Source: Chiloscyllium plagiosum | Lineage: Eukaryota | Direction: 5' to 3' | Assembly (NCBI RefSeq): GCF_004010195.1 | Contig: NC_057749.1 | Location: 22,289,267 to 22,328,406 of the forward strand | DNA: 39,140 bases | Shown: piece by piece, positions 1 through 10,739 of the stretch | Position numbering within the stretch: the first letter of the stretch is position 1 | Layout: each line of letters begins with the position of its first letter | Program-made: the position numbers and the translations under genes | Notes under the pieces: generated by a model | Database searches by the model: none | What the model saw: only the letters and a program-made list of their open reading frames with translations | Told to the model about the DNA's origin: nothing

Positions 1-192
1 CCCACTCCAGCCTATCACCCTCACCTTGACCTCCTTCCACCTATCGCATTTCCAACACCCCTCCCCCAAGTCCCTCCTCCCTACCTTTTATCTTAGCCTG
101 CTGGACACACTTTCCTCATTCCTGAGGAAGGGCTCATGCCCGAAACATCGATTCTCCTGCTCCTTGGATGCTGCCTGTCCTGCTGTGCTTTT
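1..192 (+). mobile_element. Penelope-like element 3' terminal fragment with hammerhead-like motif
   Basis: CTGAGGA-A-GGGC-TCAT-GCCC-GAAAC-ATC at 122-149, followed by the same tail found behind the GIY-YIG remnant at 30056-30554. Confidence 0.75.
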
Positions 193-874
193 GCACAGTT
201 GTGGTGGGGAGGGGGAGAGGGAACCAATTTTGTGTGGGTGACTGGGGCATCGGGGTGCTGGCTTAGTGAGGGCTGATCCAGAAGAGAGGAATGGGGTCTG
301 GGTTAGTGTAAAGGATGAGGGAGGCTGGGTTAGTGCAGGAGAAATGGGAGGACTGCATTGGGACTGTGGAGTGCTGGGTGTGATCAGAAAGGCAGGGTTA
401 CGGGGAATGAGAGGAAGGGTCAGAGTTGGGGGATAGGGGCTCAGCTGGGTTTCAGAGCACTGGGTGGAGGGAGGGCTGAGTCAGGGTGGGGATATGGAGC
501 TCAGAGTGGAACAGTGAGGGGACCTGGGCTGGTGTGCTGGTTAGCACCGACCTGCTTCCCCTTACCTTTCACCGAGACAGTCTTGGCCATCTCTCTGGTC
601 CAGGAGTTAATTGATGTGTGAGCTTATTTACTTTCCAAAATGGTGATTTGCTAACCCATGGCAACATCCTCAATTAAAGCATGACTGTTCTCATCACAAT
701 CACTCTTACCATCTGTTTTTATACATGGGATTTAGTCTTGAAATAACAATATTGTACGGCAACACTGATTCAAATGTTTTTGAAATTAAATAAAGCAAAA
801 ACACAACTACAGCATCAGGGATGGAATAGATGGTGGTGTTTAAAATTCAGCTCTGAGTCAAGTAAAAACTCTAA

Positions 875-1210
875 GCCTTATAAGATCATGAGGGGTATAC
901 ACAAGGTGGATGGCAGGTGTCTTTTCTGTGGGATGGGGGATTTCAAGTCCAGAGGATGTATTTTTAAGGCAAGATGAGAAAGATTTACGAAAAACAGGAG
1001 AGGCACTTTTTAAAAACAGTGTGGGCCGTGTGCGGAATGAACCTGCACAGGCAATGTTGGGTGAGCGTACGGTTACATTTAAAAGACATTTGGAAAGGAT
1101 TGGAGGGATATGGGCCAAGCACAAGCAGGTGGGACTAGTCAAGTTTAAGATTATGGCCAGCGTGGACTGTTTGGACGAAGGGTCTGTTTAAGTGCTGTAT
1201 GACTCTAATG
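875..1210 (+). mobile_element. CR1/HER1-type LINE 3' fragment
   Basis: Degenerate YKIMRG...FKRHL coding end plus CR1 3' tail (gaagggtctgtt...gtatgactct). Confidence 0.8.
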
Positions 1211-1449
1211 ACTAAGAATCATAAAGCAGTAAGGGGAATTAGGCCCATAAACCGTACGGCCTGCTGCACCATTCGATCAATTATACATTTTCACACCAAT
1301 TTCACGAATGCCAATGACACCATCTCACTGAAAGCCATGCCCTCACGTCTCTGGATACACTCCTCCATCCCACATCCTTAACCACTTGCACTGAAATGAG
1401 CAAAGCAAGTTCAATCTCAGGATGCGTCGAGTGAAGCCATTTGTTATTA

Positions 1450-1650
1450 TGGCCAAAACAGAGATTGCTGGAAAATTTCAGCAGGTCTGTCGGCATCTGC
1501 GAAGAGAGATCAGAGTTAATGTTTCGGGTCCTTTCTTCAGAACTGTTCCGAGGAAGGGTCACTGGACCGGAAATGTTAATGCTGCTTTCGCTCACAGATG
1601 CTGCCAGACCTGCTGAGTTTCTCCAGCAATTTCTGCTTTGTTTCAGATTC
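1450..1650. mobile_element. Penelope-derived inverted-repeat (hairpin) element
   Basis: Arms ttgctggaaaatttcagcaggtctg / cagacctgctgagtttctccagcaa, with a degenerate ccgagga-agggtc-actg-gacc-ggaaatgtta core. Confidence 0.65.
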
Positions 1651-1659
1651 AGATTCAAA

Positions 1660-2515
1660 TTCAGCGAGTTTGCAGATGTCACCAAAACTGATGGTGGACA
1701 GTGAAGGTTCTCTCAGAGTACAACAGGACCTTGATCAAATGGGCCGAAGAGTGACAGATAAGAGATTAATTTAGATAAATGCTGCATTTTGGAAAGGCAA
1801 ATCAGGGCAGGACTTATACCCTTAACGGTAAGGTCGTGGGGGAGTGTTGCCGAACAAAGAGACCTTGAAGTGCAGGCTCATAGTTGAAAGTGGAGTGCCA
1901 GGTAGACAGGGTGATGACATGCTTTTCTTTATTGGTCAGAGCATTGAGTATAGTTGTTGGGAAGTCATGTTGAGGCTGTACAGGACATTGGTTAGGCAAC
2001 TTCTAGAATATTGCCTCCTATCGGAAGGATGTTGTTAAACTTGAAAGGGTGCAGAAAAAGATGTATAAGGATGTTGCCAGGGTTGGAAGGTTTGAGCTAC
2101 AGGGAGAGGCTGAATAGGCTGGGGTTACTTTCCCTGCAGCATCGGAGGCTGAGGGGTGACCTTATAGATGTTTATAAAATCATGAGGGGGACGGACAGGG
2201 TGATTAGTCAAGGTATTTTCTCCAGGGGAGGGGAGTCCAAAACGAGAGGGCATGGGCTTACAGTGAGGGGAGGAAAGATATAAAAGAGACCTAAGGGGCA
2301 ACTTTTTCACACAGAGGGTGGTACATGTATGGAATGAGCTACCAGAGGAAGTGGTGGAGGCTGATACAATTACAGCATTTAAAAGGCATCTGGATGGGTA
2401 TATGAATAGGAAGGAATTAGAGGGATATGGGCCAAGTGCTGACAAATGGGACTGGATTAATTTAGGATATCTGGTCGGCAAGGAAAGGCTGAACCGACGG
2501 GTCTGTTTCCACGCT
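1660..2515 (+). mobile_element. CR1/HER1-type LINE, RT C-terminus and 3' UTR
   Basis: Frameshifted FADVTK, LYRTLVRQLLEYC, GLSYRERLNRLGL, RRLRGDLIDVYKIM, WNELPEEVVEA motifs in the ORF track. Confidence 0.9.
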
Positions 2516-2620
2516 GGACAACACTGATTTCAAGCATTCGCAGTCCTTTTGTGACTGAGGCTGTTTATCTGCTTGTTGGGAGGTTTCACAAGTGCAGAAA
2601 AGCATTGGGTAACAGGGAAT

Positions 2621-2690
2621 ACAAAACCACAACACACTATGTTTTCCTGTACTGATGGATTTTATTTTTAAAAAATGTATATTAATACAA
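2621..2690 (-). terminator. Polyadenylation site of ICE2
   Basis: Minus strand: TGTA about 20 nt upstream, AATAAA at 2666-2661, then a GU-rich element atagtgtgttgtggttttgt at 2640-2621. Cleavage expected near 2640-2650. Confidence 0.75.
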
Positions 2691-3326
2691 ATGTAGAAGT
2701 ATAACAAAAGAAATGTGTTGAGAAGCCTCTGATTTGGAGTGTTGACATACTGTGTACAGCTTAGATGTCAGGCTGTGTAGTGACTTGAATGAGGCTTTTT
2801 GTTTCTGAAATGAGTCCAAAGGCTACACCCTTAACGGCCGGCCAGTCAATGAGTCACTCTCCAAACTCTGTTCACTGTAACCACATTGCAAAAGAAAATC
2901 ATCTTTCAGCTGAGCTGCATCTCGGGACAGTGGAGATTGAATCTCATTTAAAACAGAATTAGCTGAACTTGGCGGGTGACCTCATTTTTAACTTGAGAAA
3001 GCAGAATTGAATCTGTGCCCGTCCTTTCTAAACCGGCCAGTCAGATTCACAGTGCTCGCTCCTTGCGACCGGTTACCAGAGCAAGGTTACGCTCTCAAGT
3101 CAATGCCTGGTCCTTGCAAGGATGGGGAGGAGAGGGGGGGCTGCGGGCAAGGTGTTGCTGCTGAAAGATTGGCCCTCTGACGATTCCTTCAGACCTGACC
3201 AGGCCCAGGAGAAGGCTGACCAGGCCTGGCAGTCGTGGCATGCTTTGAGAAACAGGAAGGCTGTCATCCCTCAGTGAGTTAATGCCAATCCCAGCCCTGG
3301 CACCACCTTATGCCCCCTCCCAGGCC
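2645..3326 (-). other. ICE2: ICE2 3' UTR (about 680 nt, no recognisable repeats)
   Basis: Unique sequence between the stop codon and the first well-formed poly(A) site. Depleted of transposons relative to its flanks. Confidence 0.7.
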
Positions 3327-3530
3327 TCACTGGCACTTTACGCCCTGCGCCTTCATCTTCTTTTCTTTCCACCACTGTTTTCGGTTCGCTCTCTTCCCTT
3401 TATTCTTCTTTCTCTTTGGCGCCGCCCCCCCGGTTCCAGCGGGTTGAGCCGGTGGGGGATGACTCCTCGTTTCCACGGCAACTGGCTTACTTTGAGCAGG
3501 AACGTTTCTGTTTGCTTTGGCCACACCCAT
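3327..3530 (-). CDS. ICE2: ICE2 terminal coding exon (204 nt incl. TGA): MGVAKANRNVPAQSKPVAVETRSHPPPAQPAGTGGAAPKRKKNKGKRANRKQWWKEKKMKAQGVKCQ*
   Basis: Acceptor ggtttctcgtttccag at phase 0, matching the upstream donor. PVAVETRS..PAQ...G.AP resembles human PVSMETKS..PAQ...GVAP as recalled. Stop at 3329-3327. Confidence 0.88.
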   Translation of the reverse strand: MGVAKANRNVPAQSKPVAVETRSHPPPAQPAGTGGAAPKRKKNKGKRANRKQWWKEKKMKAQGVKCQ

Positions 3531-3954
3531 CTGGAAACGAGAAACCAGATGAATTTTGATGTAAGTCATTGTCACAATGCAGCGTGCCCGGTTCCCACAG
3601 ATTATTACATTGTTTTAAAACAATCTGAGCCCAGTCTAACATCGGGAGAGTTGTTAATATTTATTCCAAGACAAACTTAACCACTTTAGAGCTCCTGGAG
3701 ATCAGAAATATATATTCAAGCCACACATGAAAGTTCCCCGATGCAGCACCTGGGAAGGCCCTACGTTTGCAGTCCGAGTTTGGGCAAGAACATCATTGAG
3801 ACAAGACAGGGCAACATCAAAGGCTGTCTAATGCAGCCAAATCTTGTAAATGATGGAACTGCTGAAAGACAAGGGTTGAAGAGATGAGGGAGATAAATTT
3901 CACAACTAACTTGTTCTGTCATTGCAATGTTATGGCAATTAATAAACTCTTCTA

Positions 3955-4310
3955 TCATTAGACCACAGGAGCAGGAATAGGCCATTCAGCCCATCGGGTC
4001 TGCACTGCCACTCAATGAGATCCTGGCTGATCTGATAACCCTATCTCCACTTTCCTGCCTTTTTCCATGTAATCCTTGATTCCCTTCCAGATTAAAAATC
4101 TGTCACAGCCTCGAATATACAATCATGGATTCCCTACCATCGAGTCTGCACAATCGTTCGAAGCACAACAGCCCTCTAACTGATCCCCTTAACCCACAGT
4201 TCCCCTGGTTAGCCCACCTAGCTTACACATTCCTGGACACTATGGGTAATTTAGCCAATCCACCCTAACCTGCACATCTTTGCACTGTGGGAGGAAACGA
4301 GAGCACCCAG
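3955..4310 (-). mobile_element. CR1 3' tail (3955-4120) followed by partial HE1-type SINE (4130-4310)
   Basis: ggccattcagcccatcgggtctgcac tail; aacctgcacatctttgcactgtgggaggaaac SINE core in reverse. Confidence 0.7.
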
Positions 4311-4312
4311 CA

Positions 4313-4720
4313 GACTGTTTTCCCTGGAGTGTTGGAGGCTGAGGGATGGTCTTATGGAGGTTTATAAAATCACGAGGGGCATGGAGAGGGTGAATGGACA
4401 AGGTCTTTTCCCCAGGGTAGGGGAGTTCAGAACTAGAGGGCATAAGTTTAAGGTGAGAGGGGAAAGATTTAAAAGGGACCTAAGGGGCAATTTTTTTCAC
4501 ACAGAGGGTAGTGCGTGTTTGGAATGAGCTGCCAGAGGAAGTGGTGGAGGCTGGTACAATTACAACACTTAAAAGGCATCTGGATGGGTATATGAATAGG
4601 TTTAGAGGGATATGGGCCAAATGCTGGCAAGTGGGACTAGATTAATTTAGGATATCTGGTCAGCATGGATGAGTTGCACTGAAAGGTTTGTTTCCGTACT
4701 GTATGTCTTTTATAACTCTA
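4313..4720 (+). mobile_element. CR1/HER1-type LINE 3' fragment
   Basis: Same family as 2125-2515 (ggaatgagctgccagaggaagtggtggaggctgg). Confidence 0.88.
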
Positions 4721-5257
4721 TTTGACAGCCAACTCTGATCTCTCTACAGTTTCAGAGTTTACAATTCCAGTTAATAGCTGACTCAGCAGCTTTAATATCA
4801 TAAAGCATCCCAAGACATTTCACTGAGGCATTACCTCAGAAAACTGACAGCAGACCACCTCAGGAAGTATTTGAACAGGTGTCAGAAAGCTTGGTCAAAG
4901 AAGCAGCTTCAAGACTGCGAAGTACAATAAGGGGGGAGAGAATTTTGAATTGATGAACATGACAAATGTCTTGGATATTAGTTGTTCCAACTCAATGTGG
5001 GATAGCCCTGAATTGTCAGGGCAGACGCAACATGTACTGACTGAGAAAGACACACCTATGTCAAAGCATATAGCTGAAACAGAGCGCATATATTCATTGG
5101 AAAGGAGAGTACAGAATACTTTGAAACAGGAATCTTAAAGGTGCAGGAAACACATTTAGAATGGCCGATGATCACAGAAAAATGAGATAGTGGAGGCACT
5201 GGTAGTCAGATTTTGAGATGTGGGAGAAGTCCTGAGCCAATTGGAATTTTTAAAAGA

Positions 5258-5575
5258 TTTATTCATTTGAATAATCGCCCTTAATTGCCCTTGAGAAGGT
5301 GGGGGTGAGCTGCCTTCTTGAATCACTGCACTTCAAGTACTGTGGGTTGACCCACAATGCCCTTAAGGTGGGAATTCCAGGATTTTGACCCAGTGACAGT
5401 AAAGGAATGGTGATATATTTCCCAGTCAGGATGGAGAGTGGCTCAGAGGGGAACCTGCAGGGGATGGTGCTCCCATGTACCTGCTGCCCTTGTCCTTCTA
5501 GATGGAAGTGGTCATGGGTTTGAAAGGTGCTGTCTGAGGACCTTTGGTGTATGTCTGCAGTGAATCTTATAGATA
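5258..5575 (-). mobile_element. 3' end of a second non-LTR LINE family (CR1/L2 group)
   Basis: Reverse strand reads ...gattcaagaaggcagctcacccccaccttctcaagggcaattaaggg (FKKAAHPHLLKGN*). A related tail occurs at 23820-23865. Confidence 0.6.
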
Positions 5576-5580
5576 TTTGG

Positions 5581-5940
5581 GGGTGGCACAGTGGCTCAGT
5601 GGTTAGCACTGCCGCCTTACAGCAAAAGGGACCTGGGTTCGATTCCAATCTCGGGTAACTGCCTGTGTGGAATTTGCACATTCTCCCTGTGTCTGCGTGG
5701 GTTTCCTCCGGGTGCTCCGGTTTCCTCCCACAGTCCTAAGATGTGCAGGTTAGGGTGGATTGGCCATGCTAAATTGCCCATTGCGTTCAGGGATGTGTAG
5801 GTTAGGTGCATGAGTTAGGGGAAATGTAGGGTAATAGGGTAGGGGAATGGGTCTGAGCGGGTAACTCTTCGGAGAGTCGGTGTGGACTTGTTGGGCCAAA
5901 GGGCCTGTTTCCACACTATAGGGATTCTCTGATTCTATTC
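5581..5940 (+). mobile_element. HE1-type tRNA-derived V-SINE, full length
   Basis: Box A tggctcagtgg, box B ggttcgattcc, central gtttcctccgggtgctccggtttcctcccacagtc domain, CR1-like 3' tail. Confidence 0.9.
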
Positions 5941-5944
5941 CATT

Positions 5945-6485
5945 AGGCCACTATTGTAATATTGCCTGCAATTCTGGTCGCCTTCCTATTGGAAAGATGG
6001 TGTGAAACTTGAAAGGGTTCAGAAAAGATTTACAGGGTTGGAGGGTTTGAGCTACAGGGAGAGGCTGAATAGGCTGGGGCTGTTTTCCCTGAAGCGTCGG
6101 AGGGGTGACTTTATAGTGGTTTATAAAGTCATGAGGAGCATGGATAGGCTAAATAGGAAAAATCTTTTCCCTGGGGCTGGGGAGTCCAGAACTAGAGGGC
6201 ATAAGTTTAGGGTGAGAGGGGAAAGATATAAAAGAGACATAAGGAGCAACTTTTTCCACACAGAGTGTGGTACGTGTATGGAATAAGCTGCCAGAGGAAG
6301 TGGTGGAGGCTGGTACAATTGCAACATTTAAAACGGTATATGAATAGGAAGGGTTTGGAGGGATATGGGCCGGGTGCTGACAGGTGGGACTGGATTGAGT
6401 TGGGATATCTGGTCGGCATGGACAGGTTGGACCGAAGGGTCTGTTTCCGAGCTGTACATCTCTATGCCTCTGACTCTATGATTCT
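5945..6485 (+). mobile_element. CR1/HER1-type LINE 3' fragment
   Basis: ORF 6002-6286 LERVQKRFT..GLSYRERLNRLGLFSL; tail tgactctatgattct. Confidence 0.9.
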
Positions 6486-7563
6486 AGCCCTTCTAGATGG
6501 AAGTGGTCATGGGTTTGGAAGATGCTGTCTGAGGATCTTTGGTGGAAGAAGCCTATCGAAAAAGGGAAGGAGACAGAAAAACAGCTAATGACCGGTCAAT
6601 TAGCTTAAAATCTGAAATTAGGCAAATGTTCAAAACTATTACAAAGAATGGAATCGCAGAGCATTTACAAATATATAGTATTATCAGGCAGAACCAGCGT
6701 GGCTTCAAGTTGGGTCTGAAAAATTAACTAGAAGGTAACTAGCAATATTGATAAGGGGCAAGTCAGTACGTGCAATATATGTGAATTTTCAAAAGGTGTT
6801 TGATAAGGTACCCGTATAAAGCTACTTCATGAGATAGGAACCCACAATGTTGAGACAGTAAAATAGCAAGGAGAGGGGACTGGGCTAACAAATAGAAAAG
6901 AGAGTTGGGATAGGTGGAGTATTTACAGAATGGCAACCCATGATTAATGGAGTGCTACAGGGATCTTGCTGAGACTACAATTATTTATGTCAATGATTGT
7001 GATGAAGGAAATGATTGTTCTGTTGCCAAGTTTGAAGATGACACAAAAATAGCTGGGAAGGCCAGTTCTGTGGATGACACAAAGAGATTACAAAGGGATA
7101 CCGATATATTAAGTCAGAGGGCAAAATCTCAGCAGGTGAAATATCACGTGGGAAAATGCGATGTTATTAAGTTTGGCGGAGGGAATAGAAAAGACCATAA
7201 GAAATTGGAACAGAGGAAGCTGTTTGGTGCCTCAAACCTACTTCACCATTTAATCGGATCATGGCTAATCCGATATTCCTCATGCCCATTTTCCCGCCCT
7301 TTGCCTGTAATCCTTCACTCCGCGACTAATCAAGAATCTATCTCAACCTTCAATGTAAATAAGGACTGTGCTCTGACAGCTCTCTTTGGGAAGGAGTTCC
7401 AAAGATCCCCAACCCTCTGACTGAAGGAATTCCTCCTCACCTTAGTCTTAATTGGTGCCCCTTTATTCTGAGACTATGCCCTCTGCTCCTAGATTCACCC
7501 AAAAGGGGAAACCACCGTCTCAGCATTTACCCCGTCAATCCCCTTAAGAATCCTATAGGTTTT

Positions 7564-7907
7564 GGATATAGGTTTGCTTGCTGAGCTGGAAGGTTCATTT
7601 CCAGACGTTTCGTCATCCTACTAGGTAACATCTTCAGTGGGTCTCAGGTGAAGCACTGCTGCTGATTCTTGCTTTCTATTTGTATGTTTGGGTTTCTTTG
7701 GGCTGGTGATATCATTTCCTGTTCTTTTTCTCAGGGGATGGTACATATAAATAGAAAACAGGAATCAGCAGCAGTGCTTCACCTGGAGGCCCACTGAGGA
7801 TGTTACCGAGTTGGATGATGAAACGTCTGGAAATGAACCTTCCAGCTCAGCGAGCACACCTGCATCCAGAACCTCAACCTGAGCTACAAATCTTCTCAAA
7901 ACTTGCT
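7564..7907. mobile_element. Penelope-derived inverted-repeat element with two opposed hammerhead motifs; 15-bp TSD
   Basis: TSD aatcctataggtttt (7549-7563) / aatcatataggtttt (7908-7922). Arms about 7575-7688 and 7743-7856. Confidence 0.8.
7601..7641 (-). ncRNA. Minimal type I hammerhead ribozyme motif (ICE2 sense strand)
   Basis: CCA-CUGAAGA-U-GUUACC-UAGUA-GGAUGAC-GAAAC-GUC-UGG: intact core, 3-bp helix I, ACGU palindrome in helix III. Confidence 0.7.
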
Positions 7908-8179
7908 AATCATATAGGTTTTAATGAGATCACCTCTCATTTTCCTAAACTTCTTGAATAGAGTCCCAACCTCTTCAGCCTTTGCTCATCAGACAATCCC
8001 CCCATACCCGGCATCATCCCTAGTGAACCTTGTCCTGTCTCTAATGAAATAACATCTTTCCTTTAGATAAAGGGAGCAGAACTGCTCATAGTAATCCAGA
8101 TGTGGTCTCACCAGCACCTTATACAGTTCCCTACTCTTATACTCCAACCCCCTTGAAATAAGGGTCAACATTCCATTAG

Positions 8180-8387
8180 GGAGAAAGTGAGGTCTGCAGA
8201 TGCTGGAGATCAGAGCTGTAAATGTGTTGCTGGAAAAGCGCAGCAGGTCAGGCAGCATTCAGGGAACAGGAGAGTTGACGTTTCTTCAGGAGAGTCCTGA
8301 AGAAGGGCTTATGCCCGAAACGTCGACTCTCTTGTTCCCTGGATGCTGCCTGACCTGCTGCGCTTTTCCAGCAACACATTTTCAGAC
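8180..8387. mobile_element. Penelope-derived hairpin element; 14-bp TSD
   Basis: Perfect TSD caacattccattag at 8166-8179 and 8388-8401. Long inverted arms. Confidence 0.85.
8290..8331 (+). ncRNA. Minimal type I hammerhead ribozyme motif
   Basis: GAGAGUC-CUGAAGA-A-GGGC-UUAU-GCCC-GAAAC-GUC-GACUCUC: perfect 7-bp helix I, 4-bp helix II, GUC triplet at 8322-8324. Confidence 0.8.
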
Positions 8388-8829
8388 CAACATTCCATTA
8401 GCCTTCCTGATTACCTGCTGTCCCCACGTGCTCACTTTCTGTATCTCATGCACAAATACCACAAGTCCTTTTATGTTATAGCTTTCTGTTTCACTCCATT
8501 TAAATAACATTTTGCTCTTACGCTCTCCCTTCTAAAAGGAACAACTTTGCATTTTCCCACATTATACTCCATTTGCCAATGTTTTGCCTACCTACTTAAT
8601 CATGAAGTTAAGCGATATATTATTTAAATGGACAATAAAAAATTGCAGAAAGCTACAGCACAGAGGGGGTCTGTATGCACAAATCATTAAAGCTGACATT
8701 CAATTCACCGGGTAAAAGGAAAAGCAAGTGGCATGTTGGCTGTCATTTCAAACAGAACTGAGTTTAAAAGCAGGGAGGTTTTGTTAAAATCATTCAAGGC
8801 ACTAATCAGACCACACCTTGAATAAAGAG

Positions 8830-9096
8830 AATCACACAGCGTGGAAGCAAGCCATTCAGCCCATCGAGTCTCAAAACCCTCTGAAAAGCATCCCACCCAG
8901 CCACACACAATCCTGGTAATTCTGCATTTCCTCGGCTAATCCACCTAACCTACGTTTCCTGCCTACTGTGGACAATTTAGCACGGCCAATCTACCTGACC
9001 TGCACATCTTTGGACTGTGGGAGGAAACCTGAGCACCTGGAGGACGGACACAGGAGAACATGCAAACTCCACACAGATAATCACGCAAGGGTGGAA
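8830..9096 (-). mobile_element. HE1-type SINE, 5'-truncated
   Basis: tgcacatctttggactgtgggaggaaac and tgcaaactccacacaga. Confidence 0.85.
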
Positions 9097-9904
9097 ACTG
9101 TAAACAGTTTAGGGCCTCTTAACTAAGCCAAGGTCTCCTGGCATTGGAGGCAATCCAGAAAAGGTACACTCGGCTGATCTTGGATACAAAGGTATTTTTC
9201 TTATGAGGGAATAGGTTTGGCCTGTACTCAGTGGAGCTTAGAAGAATGAGAGGTGACCTTTTTTGAAACATGCAAAATTGTTAGGGGCTTTGATAGGGCA
9301 GATGCTGAGATTGTTTCCCCTGTGGGACAGTCTGGAGCCAGAGGGCATAATCCAGAGTAAGGGCTCACATATCTAAGGCAGAAAAGAGAAGGATTTTATT
9401 TCTCTCTCTGAGGGTTCTGACTCTGTGGAATTCTTTACCACAGACAGCTGCAGAGACCGAGTGTTGGGAGTGTATATTCAAGGTTGAGATAGAGAGATAT
9501 TTAATCAGTAAAAGGGCTATGGGGAAAAGGCAGAAAAGTGGAGTTGAGGATCATCAGATCAACCACAATCTCACTGGCAGACCACATTGGATGGGCCAAA
9601 TGGCCTAGATCTGGCTTATTTTAGATTGGGTATTAAGACCAGAAACCATGCTGAAAAAAAATCAAACCCCATCCCACAGGCATATTATATCCAGGTTCCA
9701 GTTGTCAATGGGGTTCGGTGACTGTAAAGTCTGTAGAGATTTTTAAAGGCTCTGCAGATAATCAGAGCATCCGCTTTAATGGAACAACTGACTCCCACAA
9801 TGCATTGTTGTGTATGAATACTGGAATATGGCTGGACGGTAATTTGCAGTTAATGGGAGAGTGATTTTAGACTGGGAGGTAGCAAGGTGGATTATCCCAG
9901 TGCT

Positions 9905-10026
9905 GACTGCTTGTATTGAAAGGAACATGCCTGTGCTGGACCAGTAGACGCTATATGCTTCGAATGTGAAAGAGTTCTCTCAAGTCCAGTCCATGAACCA
10001 TAAAGGGCTTCCACTGTCACAGAGAT
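9905..10026. repeat. 122-bp segment with inverted copies at 11396-11517 and 12025-12146
   Basis: Direct reverse-complement comparison: gactgcttgtattgaaagg...ccactgtcacagagat versus atctctgtgacagtgg...cctttcaatacaagcagtc. Confidence 0.92.
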
Positions 10027-10739
10027 TGATTAAGCAGTCTGTGTACACCAGAACAACAAATGATCTAATTAATCCCAAAGGCTTTGAAAGTAATGAGAAA
10101 TCAAGTCGCTGCGACCAGTTGGAACCACAATTATTTTGGCTCTTCATGGTATCAACTCTGACTCATAAAACTATCATCATGTGACTTTGAGAATCAATAA
10201 TGCTACAACTAATGTTCTACCACAATGTAAAGTTTCTTTAGTTTACAAACTGGGTATCCAAAACAAAGACAGATAACAATGGGCAGTCAGAAAGTTCTCA
10301 AGGAGATAAAGGCAGGAGTTAGATACTTTGAACACCACAGTGTCTCTTGCCTCGTACATACACGAACAAATGAATTAGAAGTTGGCACAGGCCTTTTGGC
10401 TCCTCATACCTGCCCTGTTATTTTGATCATGGTTAATATTATTATGCTCTCAACCTTTTTCCTGTCTATTCCTAACAGTGTTGACTGACAAGGAAGTCAA
10501 AGAGTCCATCCACCTCAGCCTTCACAGTCATCAATTGGCCTGCCTCCACTGCTCTCTGGGGGAAGAGAGTTCGACATACTGACAACAATCTGAAAGGAAA
10601 ATGTTTTCTCATCAGGGTCTTGAATGGGAGACAATTTAACTTCAAACTGACCCCACTAACTCCTGGACTCTTCCAAAATGTTGCATCTGCTCAGCATGCA
10701 GCCCGAGAAGCCCCATCACCATCTTTCCTATTCCAGTGA

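Larger units (their letters stand above)
7193..8600 (-). mobile_element. CR1 LINE 3' portion inserted antisense into the older CR1
   Basis: ORF 7989-8258(-) ISRGLEYKSRELYKVLVRPHLDYYEQF; 3' tail near 7195-7270. Confidence 0.85.
6545..9620 (+). mobile_element. Old CR1 LINE with decayed RT domain, split by nested insertions (pieces about 6545-7192 and 8610-9620)
   Basis: Motifs QNQRGF, FQKVFDKVP, IYVND, KFEDDTK (YADD-like), KCDVIKFG. The sequence resumes collinearly after 8610. Confidence 0.85.

Noticed and set aside
196..540. G/A-rich tract as a regulatory G-quadruplex
   Set aside because: Low-complexity degenerate sequence with no evidence beyond composition.
3282..3680. 132-aa plus-strand ORF
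   Set aside because: Antisense shadow of the ICE2 terminal exon.
5581..5660. tRNA-like sequences at SINE heads
   Set aside because: A and B boxes continue into the SINE body; they are not tRNA genes.
6947..7420. 157-aa ORF as a functional reverse transcriptase
   Set aside because: Catalytic motif degraded (FEDD) and the frame runs into an unrelated antisense insertion.
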